Counted from the stretch's first letter, positions 28,282-37,439 are shown. The stretch is DNA of 64,000 bases from an uncultured virus (IMG/VR IMGVR_UViG_3300006175_000006) (IMGVR_UViG_3300006175_000006:2420-66419), one strand, 5' to 3'. The notes: generated from the sequence alone by a model not told the origin. Program-made: numbers and translations.

Positions 28282-28352
28282 GTGCGGCTCGGGGCGCAAA
28301 CGCCGTTGTCTGGGTGGTGCCCAGGCAACGGCGTTATTTGCGGATCGGTTCC

Positions 28353-28649
28353 TTATGTGCGCGGCGCGGGTTCAAGCAGCCGGAAATAGGCGGCCTTGGT
28401 GTGCTTGGTGTGATCGGCAAGGCGCCGGAGTTCCGGCGTGCTGGTGGCCTCGGCCGGGGTGTAATCCGGGCCGAAGGCTTTACGGGCGGCCGCATCCCAT
28501 GCGGTAGAAGCGCGGAACCATCGGTTCCGGGCCGCGGTGATCCGGTTGCGGTTGGGGTGGTTGATTATGGCACGTCCTCCACAGCCCAAAACATGGTTAA
28601 TCGCTGCCCCATGTTTCGCCCCCGTCGTGGCTGTGTAGGCCGGACGCAA
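28353..28649 (-). CDS. Hypothetical protein, possibly N-terminally truncated
   Basis: TTG start without SD adjacent to the AAA breakpoint. Confidence 0.35.
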   Translation of the reverse strand: MRPAYTATTGAKHGAAINHVLGCGGRAIINHPNRNRITAARNRWFRASTAWDAAARKAFGPDYTPAEATSTPELRRLADHTKHTKAAYFRLLEPAPRT

Positions 28650-29754
28650 TAACCCGGCGGTTCACCTTCACGCCTCCGTCTGCTCCGCCCTGGGTGGCAC
28701 CTGCCAAACCCTTTTCTATTTCGTCGATCAGAACAACGCATTTTCCAATAGCGTCGATCACTCGGAACGCGCGCCGGATGTTGGCTTCGCTGTCCCCAAC
28801 ATATTTCGACCTGAGCGCGCCAAAGTCGAATTTGATCAACGCGCTTTGCAAAAGGTAGGCGGTCGCCTTGGCAATCAGGGTTTTACCGCAACCGGGAATC
28901 CCCATTAACAGAACGCCCTTGGGGGCCGGCAATCCATAGCGGCGGGCCTCCGGGGTGTAAGCAACCCGGCGCGCCGTTAACCATGATTTCAGGTTCTCAA
29001 GCCCTCCGACTCCATCAAGCCCTGCCGGTAGGGGTTCCATCCATTCTAGGACCTTCTCCCGGGCAATAAGTCGCTTCTTCTCGCCTGCGACGGCTGCCGG
29101 GTCGATGCGCTTGAATTGGACAACGCTGCGGGCATAGCAGGCTTGCGCTTCTTCGCCCGTCAAACCCATGGCCGCGTCTATCGAAGCTTCGCGCCGGCCC
29201 TCTTCTTTGGCCGCGTCGCGCAAGCCGTCCGGCATATTTGCAATAGTGGCGTCCAGGATGGCCGCAATCTCTCCGCGGTCGGGTAGGGGGAACTCCACAA
29301 GGGTCGCGTGGCTGGCAAGTTCCGCCGGGATGGTAGAACTCGGGCTGATGACAACAATGGCTTGGGCGCGCTCGCGTGGCGTTCCTGGTAGCGTCCGGCA
29401 AAGGTTCCTAAGTCGGCGCTGTGTTGGCGCTGCGTTCGGGCCGCTGATCCATGCGGGCAAGTCTCGCATGATCCATACATCACGGTCCTTTGCTCCTGCG
29501 GTCGTCGCCCTGGCCGCGATGGTGTCCAACATATCGTCCGGAACTTGCTTATCCCTGACCGGCTCTGTGCCGTTCAGGTCGCGGGCACCTGCCGCAACGT
29601 CCCATGTGTGGGCCTGATATCCTGCGGCCGCTGCGGCCTCGAAAATCAATTGTTCCGCGCGGGCCTCTTCTGGCGTCGCAACCCAAATAAGGGCGGCGCG
29701 CGCTCTGAGCATGGCCGATATGTCGGCCGCTGCCTGTAGTCCTCTACTCTTCAT
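28597..29754 (-). pseudogene. Ycf46-type AAA+ ATPase, C-terminally truncated
   Basis: Walker A GIPGCGKT, SKYVGDSE, Walker B VLIDEIEK; family-like sequence stops at DGGV and ORF ends shortly after. Confidence 0.7.
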
Positions 29755-29851
29755 TGGTCGTCTACTCCGCCCCTGATATCCCCGAGGCGCGGGCCGTGCC
29801 TGATCGCACGCCTGAACCCTTCGGAACCGTCCGAAGGGCTCAAGGGCGCGT

Positions 29852-30229
29852 TCAGTTAGTCGCCCCGCAAGTGGTACATTTTCCTCCAATCATGTGGTGG
29901 TCGCCGCACTCAAAACAGGCGCCCTCGTCGCCGTCGTCCTCTTCGCCGTCCTCTTCCTGGCCGTCGTCGTTGCTGTATTCGGCGGTAATGCCCTCGTCCG
30001 GGCCGCACAGCGTCATTGCCGGGGAAAAGCTGATATCGGGCAGGTTTGGGCCGTCCAGGGTGGTTCCGGTGATCGCAATAGGCTCGTCGCCGTTGCTTAT
30101 GTCCTCGCAATCCGGGAGTTCTAGGGCGGTTTGGCTGAGGCTGCGGGCAATCTCGGTTGCCTCTTTCTCGCTGTCGGCGCGAATGTAGGCCGTCGCGTAA
30201 ATCTTAACGTCGATGCTATAGATTGGCAT
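29852..30229 (-). CDS. Very acidic protein with C-terminal CxxC..CxxC
   Basis: EEDGEEDDGDEG tract; CFEC, CTTC. Confidence 0.65.
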   Translation of the reverse strand: MPIYSIDVKIYATAYIRADSEKEATEIARSLSQTALELPDCEDISNGDEPIAITGTTLDGPNLPDISFSPAMTLCGPDEGITAEYSNDDGQEEDGEEDDGDEGACFECGDHHMIGGKCTTCGATN

Positions 30230-30326
30230 TGTCTCGGAACTCCGCCCCTATTCGCTGAGGCGCGCGCTAGTGCGATTGCACTAAACGGCGCGGTGGCAAG
30301 GCGCGCCGGATACTGCAATCAACCCG

Positions 30327-30548
30327 TTACGGCTGGTCACCTATCGGTTCCGCTACAACCCGTTCGGCCGCAATGGTGATCTGGTGCGCGGCTGCTTCGT
30401 AGCCTAATTCGCGCCACGCTTTGGCGATTGCCTGTGTTGCGGAAAACAAGGCGCGCTCCTTTGTCTTTCCAGTCCCTAAAATCGCGCCGTTGCTGGCGTG
30501 GATTGCGAGAACGACTTCGGTTTCATATTGCGAGAATTCAACGTTCAT
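30327..30548 (-). CDS. Hypothetical protein
   Basis: GGAGG SD. Confidence 0.5.
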   Translation of the reverse strand: MNVEFSQYETEVVLAIHASNGAILGTGKTKERALFSATQAIAKAWRELGYEAAAHQITIAAERVVAEPIGDQP

Positions 30549-31032
30549 TGGTTTGTCCCTCCGCTGCTTTGATCTGGGCGATTGCGTAGTCTACGTCTGC
30601 AAGCCAGTCGGCCAGTATGCCATGACTGAAATCCAGCGCGTCGGCCATGGTGAGCTTGTCCCGAAGGCTTTCCAGCCGCTCGCGCGCGAACCGTAGCTGA
30701 TGCACGCGGGCGCCATCGCGGGCAATCTGCTCAATCGCTCCGGCAAGGTCCGGGCCGCCAAAAATGGGTTTGCGGGTTACGGTCGTGAAAACCTGGGGTC
30801 TGCTCTCGCGTGCGGTCTCTGCGTCGATTGTGCCCCCCGCAAGCCGCTTATCGCGCTGCTCGTCGTTCTCCACTTGCAGCACGCCGTCAACGTCAAAGTA
30901 TTGCTTCCCAACGTCGGACGCCTGAATGTGCCCCATTGCCTGAAGCAAACGGCCAAGCGTGCCGGGCAACGCCATATAGCGGAATTTGCCCACGTCCTCG
31001 GCCCGGATCGTTCCAAGGTAGCGCCGGGTCAT
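30538..31032 (-). CDS. Hypothetical protein
   Basis: Internal repeat IRAEDVGK / IQASDVGK; ATGA coupling. Confidence 0.6.
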   Translation of the reverse strand: MTRRYLGTIRAEDVGKFRYMALPGTLGRLLQAMGHIQASDVGKQYFDVDGVLQVENDEQRDKRLAGGTIDAETARESRPQVFTTVTRKPIFGGPDLAGAIEQIARDGARVHQLRFARERLESLRDKLTMADALDFSHGILADWLADVDYAIAQIKAAEGQTNER

Positions 31033-31307
31033 TGCCGCACCAAATAGCGCGGGGTCCAGAAGTTCCGAAACGCGCGCGTCGTCGGGTCGTAATTGTCGAT
31101 GATCCCGAAAACATCATGCACAAGGTCGAACTCCGGACCCTTCGCCATCGCGGTCAATCGCAACGGCCGGTGTGCGTGAACGTGCTGCAAGGTGAAGGCA
31201 ACAAGCTTTGGCCGGAACTCCTGGCCGGCTCTGGCCGCAACCCTGGCCGCTCGCTTGACTATGATCCCGATAGCTGAACCGGGTGTGACCTTTGGTTCTC
31301 TCTGCAT
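31029..31307 (-). CDS. DUF6874-like protein
   Basis: H..PLRL..FDLVHDVFGI..D..T..FWTPRY. Confidence 0.6.
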   Translation of the reverse strand: MQREPKVTPGSAIGIIVKRAARVAARAGQEFRPKLVAFTLQHVHAHRPLRLTAMAKGPEFDLVHDVFGIIDNYDPTTRAFRNFWTPRYLVRQ

Positions 31308-31349
31308 TGCTCTCTCCCGCCCCTACTTAATGGCTGAGGCGCACCAGCC

Positions 31350-31900
31350 CCTATCTGGTACTGTGTAGCGTGTTTAGTCAAGCCCCACGCTGACATATAT
31401 TTAGCGTGTTGTGTGGGTCACCCGATCTGCTGCACGCCAAACCCAAAGGACCAAATCGCGCAACATTCGGAAAGTCCCCCAAACCGGCACAAGCGCGCGG
31501 CAACCCATGTAATGCACGGCACGACGCAAGCGAATACTCAAACCCCATTAAGACAAGCTGAGCCCCTTTGTCGCCCTCCGCAATAGTCCAGCCGTCACAA
31601 GCGCAAGTCTCACAAGCAATGAAACCCCAATATTCGGACCCGATCCGCCGTTGCTCAGGTCTGATGGTCGCGCGGGAAAAGCTCTGTCACTCCGCAACAA
31701 TGACTAAACAGTGAGGGGAAGCCTTGATTTATATGTGTTTTTTGCACTTCTCCGGCGCGAACATTTCACGCGTCACTCGTAAAGCCTTGTTCTGGCGCTG
31801 CTTTTGCGCGTTTTCGTCTGTGCTTCTATGCACGTCGGTTTCGGTGGTGCTCGCGGGTCCAGGTGATCGCTGACCTGTCCCGGGCTCTTGTGGTTCTTAT
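31350..31900. other. Largest non-coding region; candidate leftward promoter and operator repeats
   Basis: No ORF >=60 aa; TTGACT at 31381-31376 (-); AACACGCTA repeated; TGACTAAACA inverted at 31371-31380 / 31701-31710. Confidence 0.6.
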
Positions 31901-31905
31901 GGTGG

Positions 31906-32160
31906 TTAGGTCTTTGGGATTGCAGGTGGTTTCTTGGTCTGCCGGTGGCGGTGTACGCGCTCGCGGTTGTTTGCTTTGTGTACCGCTAAAGTGGCCTCAA
32001 GCTCGGTAATGCGGGCTCTGAGTGCCGCTATTTGCTCGTCCTTGGTAAGCGGTTGCTGCGGCGCGGTTTGTGGCTGTGCTGGCTTCTGGCTTGGTCTCGG
32101 GCAACGGTCCATCGGGTTATGGTACTGCCCGCAAGCTCTGCATTGAACGATAAAGGTCAT
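31906..32160 (-). CDS. Small protein, CxxC..H..C plus coiled coil
   Basis: CRACGQYHNPMDRC. Confidence 0.55.
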   Translation of the reverse strand: MTFIVQCRACGQYHNPMDRCPRPSQKPAQPQTAPQQPLTKDEQIAALRARITELEATLAVHKANNRERVHRHRQTKKPPAIPKT

Positions 32161-32309
32161 AGCGTAACGTTACAGTGCCGGGTGTAATGTTACAAGCTGG
32201 CGGTGCGTCATGGCTTCATGATCCACAGGAACGTGCCGATACTGGCGAGAACCCAAACGATAGCGAAGTTAGCAAGGCTGGTCATTGGTGGCTCCTGGTG
32301 GCTGGTGGT

Positions 32310-33710
32310 TTAGCTCGGCCTGCTCCTGATCGCGTCCAGCCTGCGCTTTGCGGCCGGTACGCTGGCAATCTCCGCCGGGGTGACCTGCGTTCGCTCGTCG
32401 TCGGGCGGGGCGCCTACGCCTATCGCGTCGCGCCATACGCCATTCGCGGACAGATTGCGCGGCCATCGTCCGTCCATGGCCCAGAGTACAAGCCACTCCA
32501 GCCGCTCCTTGTGCTGGCGGTCCGGGTCTGCTGCTGGTGGCTGCCGGAAGGCTTGGGCCATCGTCGGTTGCGTCCTGGCGCGGTTCTGCTCGCGTGCAAG
32601 CCATCCGTTGACGAATTTGAGCATCCCGCCCCGGGTCTTGCGGTTCGCCTGATTGGCAAGGCTCCAAACGCGCATCGCCCGTAGCTCGGCCTCCACGTTG
32701 ACCGCGGGATATGCCGCGCGGAACTCGTGAACCATGTTCGGGGGGATGGTCACTTCGCCGCCATCGTTGGACGGGATGGCGAACGCGCCCGCCCCGGGCG
32801 GAGCATCAGGCACCAGCGAGCGCGCGACGGACACGGGCGACGAGACGGGTGGGGGGGTCTGTGGACCTACATGCGCGGTCGGCGGGTCCTCCCCTCCGCA
32901 TTTGGAATTCAGCAAATCGGAATTTTTTTGTTCCCCTCCCCCCTCTGGTCCGCTCGCATAATTTTCGGCATAATTTGGGTCGGTTTTGGTGTTTTCCGGC
33001 AATTCGCCATTTGGTGCTGGCGTTTGTGTTCGCACCTTCGCCCTTGGGTTTCGTTCGGGCGCTGGCGGGGCGGAAGGATCTGGGCTGAGGATTTTTGGTG
33101 GTTTTGGTTCTCTTGGCTGTCTGGGCTTCTCTGTCTTCTTCGTAGTTCCGCTTTGGTTGAGGTTCTTGCTTTGGAACGCCTCCGCTTCGTCGTTTAGTGT
33201 GTTTACTGTTTCAAAGCTTTTTTCCGCCACCTCGGCCCTAGTGGTGGTTTTTTCATTCCCTTTCCTTTCCCCTTCCCCTTCCCCTTCCCCTTGGTAATTA
33301 CCGTGTCGCGTGGAATTCGCGTCGTTGACGTGTGATTGACGTGTCGATGACGCGACGGTTCCGTTTGGTGCTGGCGGTGGTGGAAGCTCGCTCGCCTTCT
33401 CCCGGTTATTGATGAATTGATGCAGGTCCCAAGAAGGGATGAAGCCGTATTCCTTACCGTCGGGGCCAAAATATCCGCGGATAAAGTCTCGCTTTTCCAG
33501 TTCCTTCATGACGCGCGCGAAGTCGCAATCGTCGTAGGGCAGGACGTCTGGTTTCAGGGCGCGTGGCCGCCAAACAAAGCGGCCGGCGCGATCGGCAACG
33601 GTCCAGAGACCGGCAAAGGCAAGGCGAAGCGGAAGGCCAGTCTCGCGCTCAGCGTCGAAGAGACCTTCATGGCGGAAGAACTCAGGCTTTATGGTTCGGA
33701 TCCTTGCCAT
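32310..33710 (-). CDS. Phage replication initiator protein
   Basis: MARIRTIKPEFF..LWTVADRAGR..WDLHQ N-terminus, GEGEGE linker, DnaD-like C-terminal part; downstream of DnaB. Confidence 0.8.
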   Translation of the reverse strand: MARIRTIKPEFFRHEGLFDAERETGLPLRLAFAGLWTVADRAGRFVWRPRALKPDVLPYDDCDFARVMKELEKRDFIRGYFGPDGKEYGFIPSWDLHQFINNREKASELPPPPAPNGTVASSTRQSHVNDANSTRHGNYQGEGEGEGERKGNEKTTTRAEVAEKSFETVNTLNDEAEAFQSKNLNQSGTTKKTEKPRQPREPKPPKILSPDPSAPPAPERNPRAKVRTQTPAPNGELPENTKTDPNYAENYASGPEGGGEQKNSDLLNSKCGGEDPPTAHVGPQTPPPVSSPVSVARSLVPDAPPGAGAFAIPSNDGGEVTIPPNMVHEFRAAYPAVNVEAELRAMRVWSLANQANRKTRGGMLKFVNGWLAREQNRARTQPTMAQAFRQPPAADPDRQHKERLEWLVLWAMDGRWPRNLSANGVWRDAIGVGAPPDDERTQVTPAEIASVPAAKRRLDAIRSRPS

Positions 33711-33723
33711 ACCTGCGGCCCCC

Positions 33724-33780
33724 TCAGCCGCGCGAATTGCGTCTGAAATATTTCTTCAATCGAAACGGTAACTCTTTCAT
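33724..33780 (-). CDS. Candidate 18-aa leader peptide MKELPFRLKKYFRRNSRG
   Basis: GGGTG SD-like; stop codon overlaps initiator SD (TGAGGGG). Confidence 0.35.
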   Translation of the reverse strand: MKELPFRLKKYFRRNSRG

Positions 33781-33794
33781 TTGTCACCCAAGGC

Positions 33795-33856
33795 GGACCG
33801 GCCGGGCGAATTTCGGGGAGAGAGCACCCGCTTGGGATTCCACCCGGCCTCAGTCC
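33795..33856 (-). ncRNA. Candidate structured leader RNA upstream of initiator
   Basis: GGACU/GGUCC and GGCCGGGUG/CGCCCGGCC stems enclosing CGGG/CCCG hairpin. Confidence 0.4.
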
Positions 33857-33894
33857 TATTCCGGGTCGCCTGCAGAGCGATGATCCGGCTTGCC

Positions 33895-34149
33895 CTATTC
33901 ATGCGCAGCATCCGGAACAATCGACAAGGGCGTTTGTGAATTCCTCACAGCTTCGGCGGCTGCATCGCGGCGGTTCTCCAGGGCCAGCACAAGGTCGGTC
34001 TCGTGCCAGCGGAGTTTGTCGATTGCCGCCTCCCGCTCTTTGTGCGCAAGCGTGGTGACCTGGACCTTCTCGACGAAGGCTATGGACCCCCGCACCTCCA
34101 AAAGGCGCCGCTCCAAATCCGGGATGGTCAGTTCTCCAAGCGCGGTCAT
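33895..34149 (-). CDS. Hypothetical protein
   Basis: ATGA-coupled run. Confidence 0.5.
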   Translation of the reverse strand: MTALGELTIPDLERRLLEVRGSIAFVEKVQVTTLAHKEREAAIDKLRWHETDLVLALENRRDAAAEAVRNSQTPLSIVPDAAHE

Positions 34150-34364
34150 GCCCGCTTCCTTTCGTGGCTGGTGCAAATCCCAAAACCGTCGTTCTGGCCG
34201 TCCCGGAAAGCCTGGTTGAGCCGCCGGCACGCATCCTCAAGCCAGTTCTCATCCCGGCCCTGCCAAAAATGCTCGTGGCGAACCGTATCGACCAACTCCT
34301 GACCCATTTGCTCGCCATTGCGGCCCAACGGGCGGTCCCTCAATTCAAAGCGCTTCCGCGTCAT
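34146..34364 (-). CDS. Hypothetical protein
   Basis: GGAGG SD; ATGA-coupled run. Confidence 0.5.
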   Translation of the reverse strand: MTRKRFELRDRPLGRNGEQMGQELVDTVRHEHFWQGRDENWLEDACRRLNQAFRDGQNDGFGICTSHERKRA

Positions 34365-34573
34365 CTGCCACCCTCCATTTCCATTTGAAGCTGCCGCCAG
34401 CCCTCGGCAAACCACCTAAGCATTTCAAGCTCTTTGGGCCCCATATCCGAGTCCCTTTTGCCAAGCGCCATCCGAAGCCGCTGCTCGTAACTGGCCGCGT
34501 TCATCCGTGCGCGCTCGACCGTCACCGGATCTTTGCGGTAGGCGAATTCGTCGAAGTGCTTGCTCTGCGACAT
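34361..34573 (-). CDS. Hypothetical protein
   Basis: Starts immediately after DnaB stop. Confidence 0.5.
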   Translation of the reverse strand: MSQSKHFDEFAYRKDPVTVERARMNAASYEQRLRMALGKRDSDMGPKELEMLRWFAEGWRQLQMEMEGGR

Positions 34574-36016
34574 CTAGTTCCCCGTCACCTTCTCGGCCGA
34601 AATCCAGTTACAGGCGATGTTGCAGCGCGCGGTCACCTCCTGCGGCTTCCCGTGACGGGCCTTCGCCACGTCCAGAAAGATCTTGTTCTGTGCCCTCAGC
34701 ATGTCGGTCTCCCATTTGACGTACTCTTCGTCGCCTTTCGCCTTGGCCTCGTGCTCCTGGCGCGACAGGTAATATTCCGGCCGGTTCAACAGGATCGCGG
34801 TATCAGCCTCTTCCTCGATCGAACCGGAATTGCGCAGATCCGAAAGGTATGGCCGATTGTCCGCGCGGTCCTCGGATTTGCGGTTCAACTGGCACAGACA
34901 GACGATGGGCAACCCAAGCTGTCCGGCGAGGTCCTTCATGCCCCGCGCCGTGTCGGTCGCCTCGGCATGGAGATTGCCGCGGTAGTTCTGATCGGCGCGC
35001 ACCCGCTGCAGATGATCGACGATGATAAGCCCCAACCGCACGCCTCCCCGGGCAAGCTTCGCCTGCAGCCGCCGGGCACGGGAGGAAAGTTGGGTGAGGG
35101 TCTGTCCGCGCCGGTCGTCGATGTAGAGCGGCATCCGGGCCGCCTCAACCGCCTCGTTCGCGAGCTTGTCCGCCCAATTATCCGCAACCTGCCCGTGGCG
35201 AAGGGCGGAATAGGGTAGCTCCAAACCGGTGGCGAACATTCGGGCCGATAACCACCGTTCGGAAACCTGGTCGCGCGTCATTTCCAGCGAGTCGAAGTAA
35301 ACCCCAAAGCCCTGATCTGCCGCCCGGTCGGCCATCGCAATGGCAACCGCGGTCTTGCCCATGCCGGTGCGCCCGGCAAGCACGATGAGGTCGCCCGCGC
35401 CCATGCCGCCATATAGGTCGTCCAGCCCGGCGACGCCAAAAGGAACCATGGCCTTTGACCGGTCGGAGCGGTTGAGGCGGTTCACGGTCTCGCTCGCCGA
35501 AACCGTAATCGGCTGCGGGTCGTCGTCCCTGGGCGTGCCCTCGAGAATTCCCGTGAGGTTCTTTTGGGCCGTTTCGATTATTTCGGTTGTAGGCGCCTCT
35601 TCGCTCCCGCGCCGTGCGGCCGCTTCAATTTCGGCGCCGTACCGGGCGAGCGCCCGCCTTTGGTCCAGGTCCGCAACAATCTCAATCAATCGCCCGATCA
35701 CCCCGGCGGAATTGGGGGCGGACAGCGCAATGGATTTGAGATAGGCCCCAACTTCCAATTCGGCATTGGCCGGGTCGCTTTTCATGGCAACCGCGATCGT
35801 GAGCGGAGAAGCGATTTCGCCCCGCGCCTTGGCCGACAGCATCGCGGAGAAGATCCGCTCGTGCAGGGGATCGTTGAATTGGTCGGGGCGGAGTGTTTCG
35901 CCCGCGACGTCAAGCAGAGTGGGATTTGTCAAGCAGGCGCCCAAAACCGCCTGTTCAACATCAACCCAGGAATCTGACTCGGAGAGAGTCGGATTTTGCG
36001 CCGCGACCCGCTTCAC
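34574..36016 (-). CDS. dnaB: Replicative DNA helicase
   Basis: EQAVLGA, LAGRTGMGKT, SLEM, IIVDHLQ, QLNR, DLRNSGSIEEEAD, KARHG; likely GTG start at 36016. Confidence 0.93.
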   Translation of the reverse strand: MKRVAAQNPTLSESDSWVDVEQAVLGACLTNPTLLDVAGETLRPDQFNDPLHERIFSAMLSAKARGEIASPLTIAVAMKSDPANAELEVGAYLKSIALSAPNSAGVIGRLIEIVADLDQRRALARYGAEIEAAARRGSEEAPTTEIIETAQKNLTGILEGTPRDDDPQPITVSASETVNRLNRSDRSKAMVPFGVAGLDDLYGGMGAGDLIVLAGRTGMGKTAVAIAMADRAADQGFGVYFDSLEMTRDQVSERWLSARMFATGLELPYSALRHGQVADNWADKLANEAVEAARMPLYIDDRRGQTLTQLSSRARRLQAKLARGGVRLGLIIVDHLQRVRADQNYRGNLHAEATDTARGMKDLAGQLGLPIVCLCQLNRKSEDRADNRPYLSDLRNSGSIEEEADTAILLNRPEYYLSRQEHEAKAKGDEEYVKWETDMLRAQNKIFLDVAKARHGKPQEVTARCNIACNWISAEKVTGN

Positions 36017-37038
36017 GCTGCTTCGTTGCCCCAATGGTCCCATCCCGCATATTTCTCGCCGCGTGCAAAAAGCTCGATGGAGGGCAACGTCGGGAACATT
36101 TCCTCAATCATTTCGCGGAAGGCGAAAGGCTTTGCGCTGTGCTCTCCGACCTTCCCCTGATACACCGATGAATATTGCTCGCCCGGCGCCGGCGCGGGGA
36201 CATTGCCTTTGGTGCCGATCAACAGCAGTTCGTGTTGGCCCCGGACCCAATAACCGGTGCCGATCCTGTCCTTCACCCAGACAAAGTGAGATTTGTAAGA
36301 AAATCCCCACGCCTGCATCACTTCAAAAGCCTGCGGCAGCATGGGAATTGTCGCCCAAAGGAACAGCACGCAATCATCGGCGGCCGGAACCTCGATGGCT
36401 TTAATGCCTTCCAGATCCATCGTCGGGTAGTGATTTTCCGGCGCCCGGTCCATGCCGCTCACACGCGAATAAGGCTCAAAGCGCCAAGGCGGGTCAGCGT
36501 AAATGACGCCAAACTTCTTGCCTGGCATTGCCAACAGTTTTTCGCCTAATTCGCGCTCGCGACTGTCGCGCTTTTCTTTCTTGTCGCCCTGTGTCAGCAG
36601 CGTCGCAACCGCGCGCGGTGTGGCGTCCTTGCCGTCAGACCGCAATTTTTCCGCGGCCTCCTTGACCGCTTCAACCCCCTTGTCGGCGAGCTTTTTCAGC
36701 CGCGAGCGCGACGTGTGTTCAATCCCCGTTGCTTCGCGCCCACCATTCGATTTGCGCCGCTTGGCGCTTTTCGATTTCTGGTCACCGCCGGTCGCCTTCG
36801 GGATCTTCTCGAGTTCTTGACCAATGCGGATGCTGGCGACGAGGATTGTGTCCTCGCACTTGGCCTTCACCTCATGGACGTGATTGAGCAAAACTTTGAG
36901 CGCGGAAGCCTCTTTGATGATCCGGCGAATTTGGGCGTAGGTCTCCGCCGCCGCCAATTCACGCTCCATCAAATCGAGCGCCTTCAATGCCTGTGGTACG
37001 CTCGGGACCTGTTTGCGGACTTCTAAGTCGAGTGTCAT
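36013..37038 (-). CDS. MT-A70 family adenine methyltransferase with N-terminal extension
   Basis: IYADPPW, HYPTM, LFLWAT, HSAKP, IELFAR, WGNE. Confidence 0.9.
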   Translation of the reverse strand: MTLDLEVRKQVPSVPQALKALDLMERELAAAETYAQIRRIIKEASALKVLLNHVHEVKAKCEDTILVASIRIGQELEKIPKATGGDQKSKSAKRRKSNGGREATGIEHTSRSRLKKLADKGVEAVKEAAEKLRSDGKDATPRAVATLLTQGDKKEKRDSRERELGEKLLAMPGKKFGVIYADPPWRFEPYSRVSGMDRAPENHYPTMDLEGIKAIEVPAADDCVLFLWATIPMLPQAFEVMQAWGFSYKSHFVWVKDRIGTGYWVRGQHELLLIGTKGNVPAPAPGEQYSSVYQGKVGEHSAKPFAFREMIEEMFPTLPSIELFARGEKYAGWDHWGNEAA

Positions 37039-37439
37039 GCGAAAATGCCTTTCAGAATTTCCCGGAGTGGAAGCACAATGTTGTCGAACTCGCCGCCGTC
37101 GCCGCCGCCGCGTTTGGCGTGCTTGCGGTAGGCAAGGCGGCATAATTCCTTGAGTCGCTCGGTCGGAAACATCAGGTAGACAAGCGTCTGATCGTCGCGC
37201 CGTAGCTCGTGAACCCAGACGTCAGCTTCGGTTATGGCGATACCGGACGGCTTCCCGCGTTGGCGAAACTCAATGCAGATATTTCCCGTGCGCTCCCAAA
37301 GCCATGTTTCGGTTTTAAGCTCGAGTTTTTCGATGCGCAGATTGGCGAAAATCTCGGCGAGTCGGCGCTCATGGATAACCGATTGACTTAGCTGCAGATC
37401 AAATTTTGGGCCGCGATTGAAGGCGACGCCGTTGGTCAT
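37035..37439 (-). CDS. PD-(D/E)xK-like phage nuclease-fold protein
   Basis: ELKTE..TGNICIE..KPSGIAITEADVW. Confidence 0.6.
   Translation of the reverse strand: MTNGVAFNRGPKFDLQLSQSVIHERRLAEIFANLRIEKLELKTETWLWERTGNICIEFRQRGKPSGIAITEADVWVHELRRDDQTLVYLMFPTERLKELCRLAYRKHAKRGGGDGGEFDNIVLPLREILKGIFA

Larger units (their letters stand above)
29765..31342 (-). promoter_or_regulatory. Three copies of a hairpin-SD leader motif (29765-29790, 30240-30263, 31314-31342)
   Basis: GCGCCTCRG-N(4-8)-YAGGGGCGG(G)AG directly before ATGs at 29754, 30229, 31307. Confidence 0.8.

Noticed and set aside
29765-31342. Hairpin repeats as CRISPR array or integron attC sites
   Set aside because: Only three copies, irregular spacing, variable loop, no cas or integrase gene, no GTTRRRY core
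33257-33292. (TTCCCC)n as replication iterons
   Set aside because: Encodes the GEGEGE linker common in these initiators; too short to support an origin call
33795-33890. Structured region as a tRNA gene
   Set aside because: No T-loop GTTCRA or cloverleaf could be built
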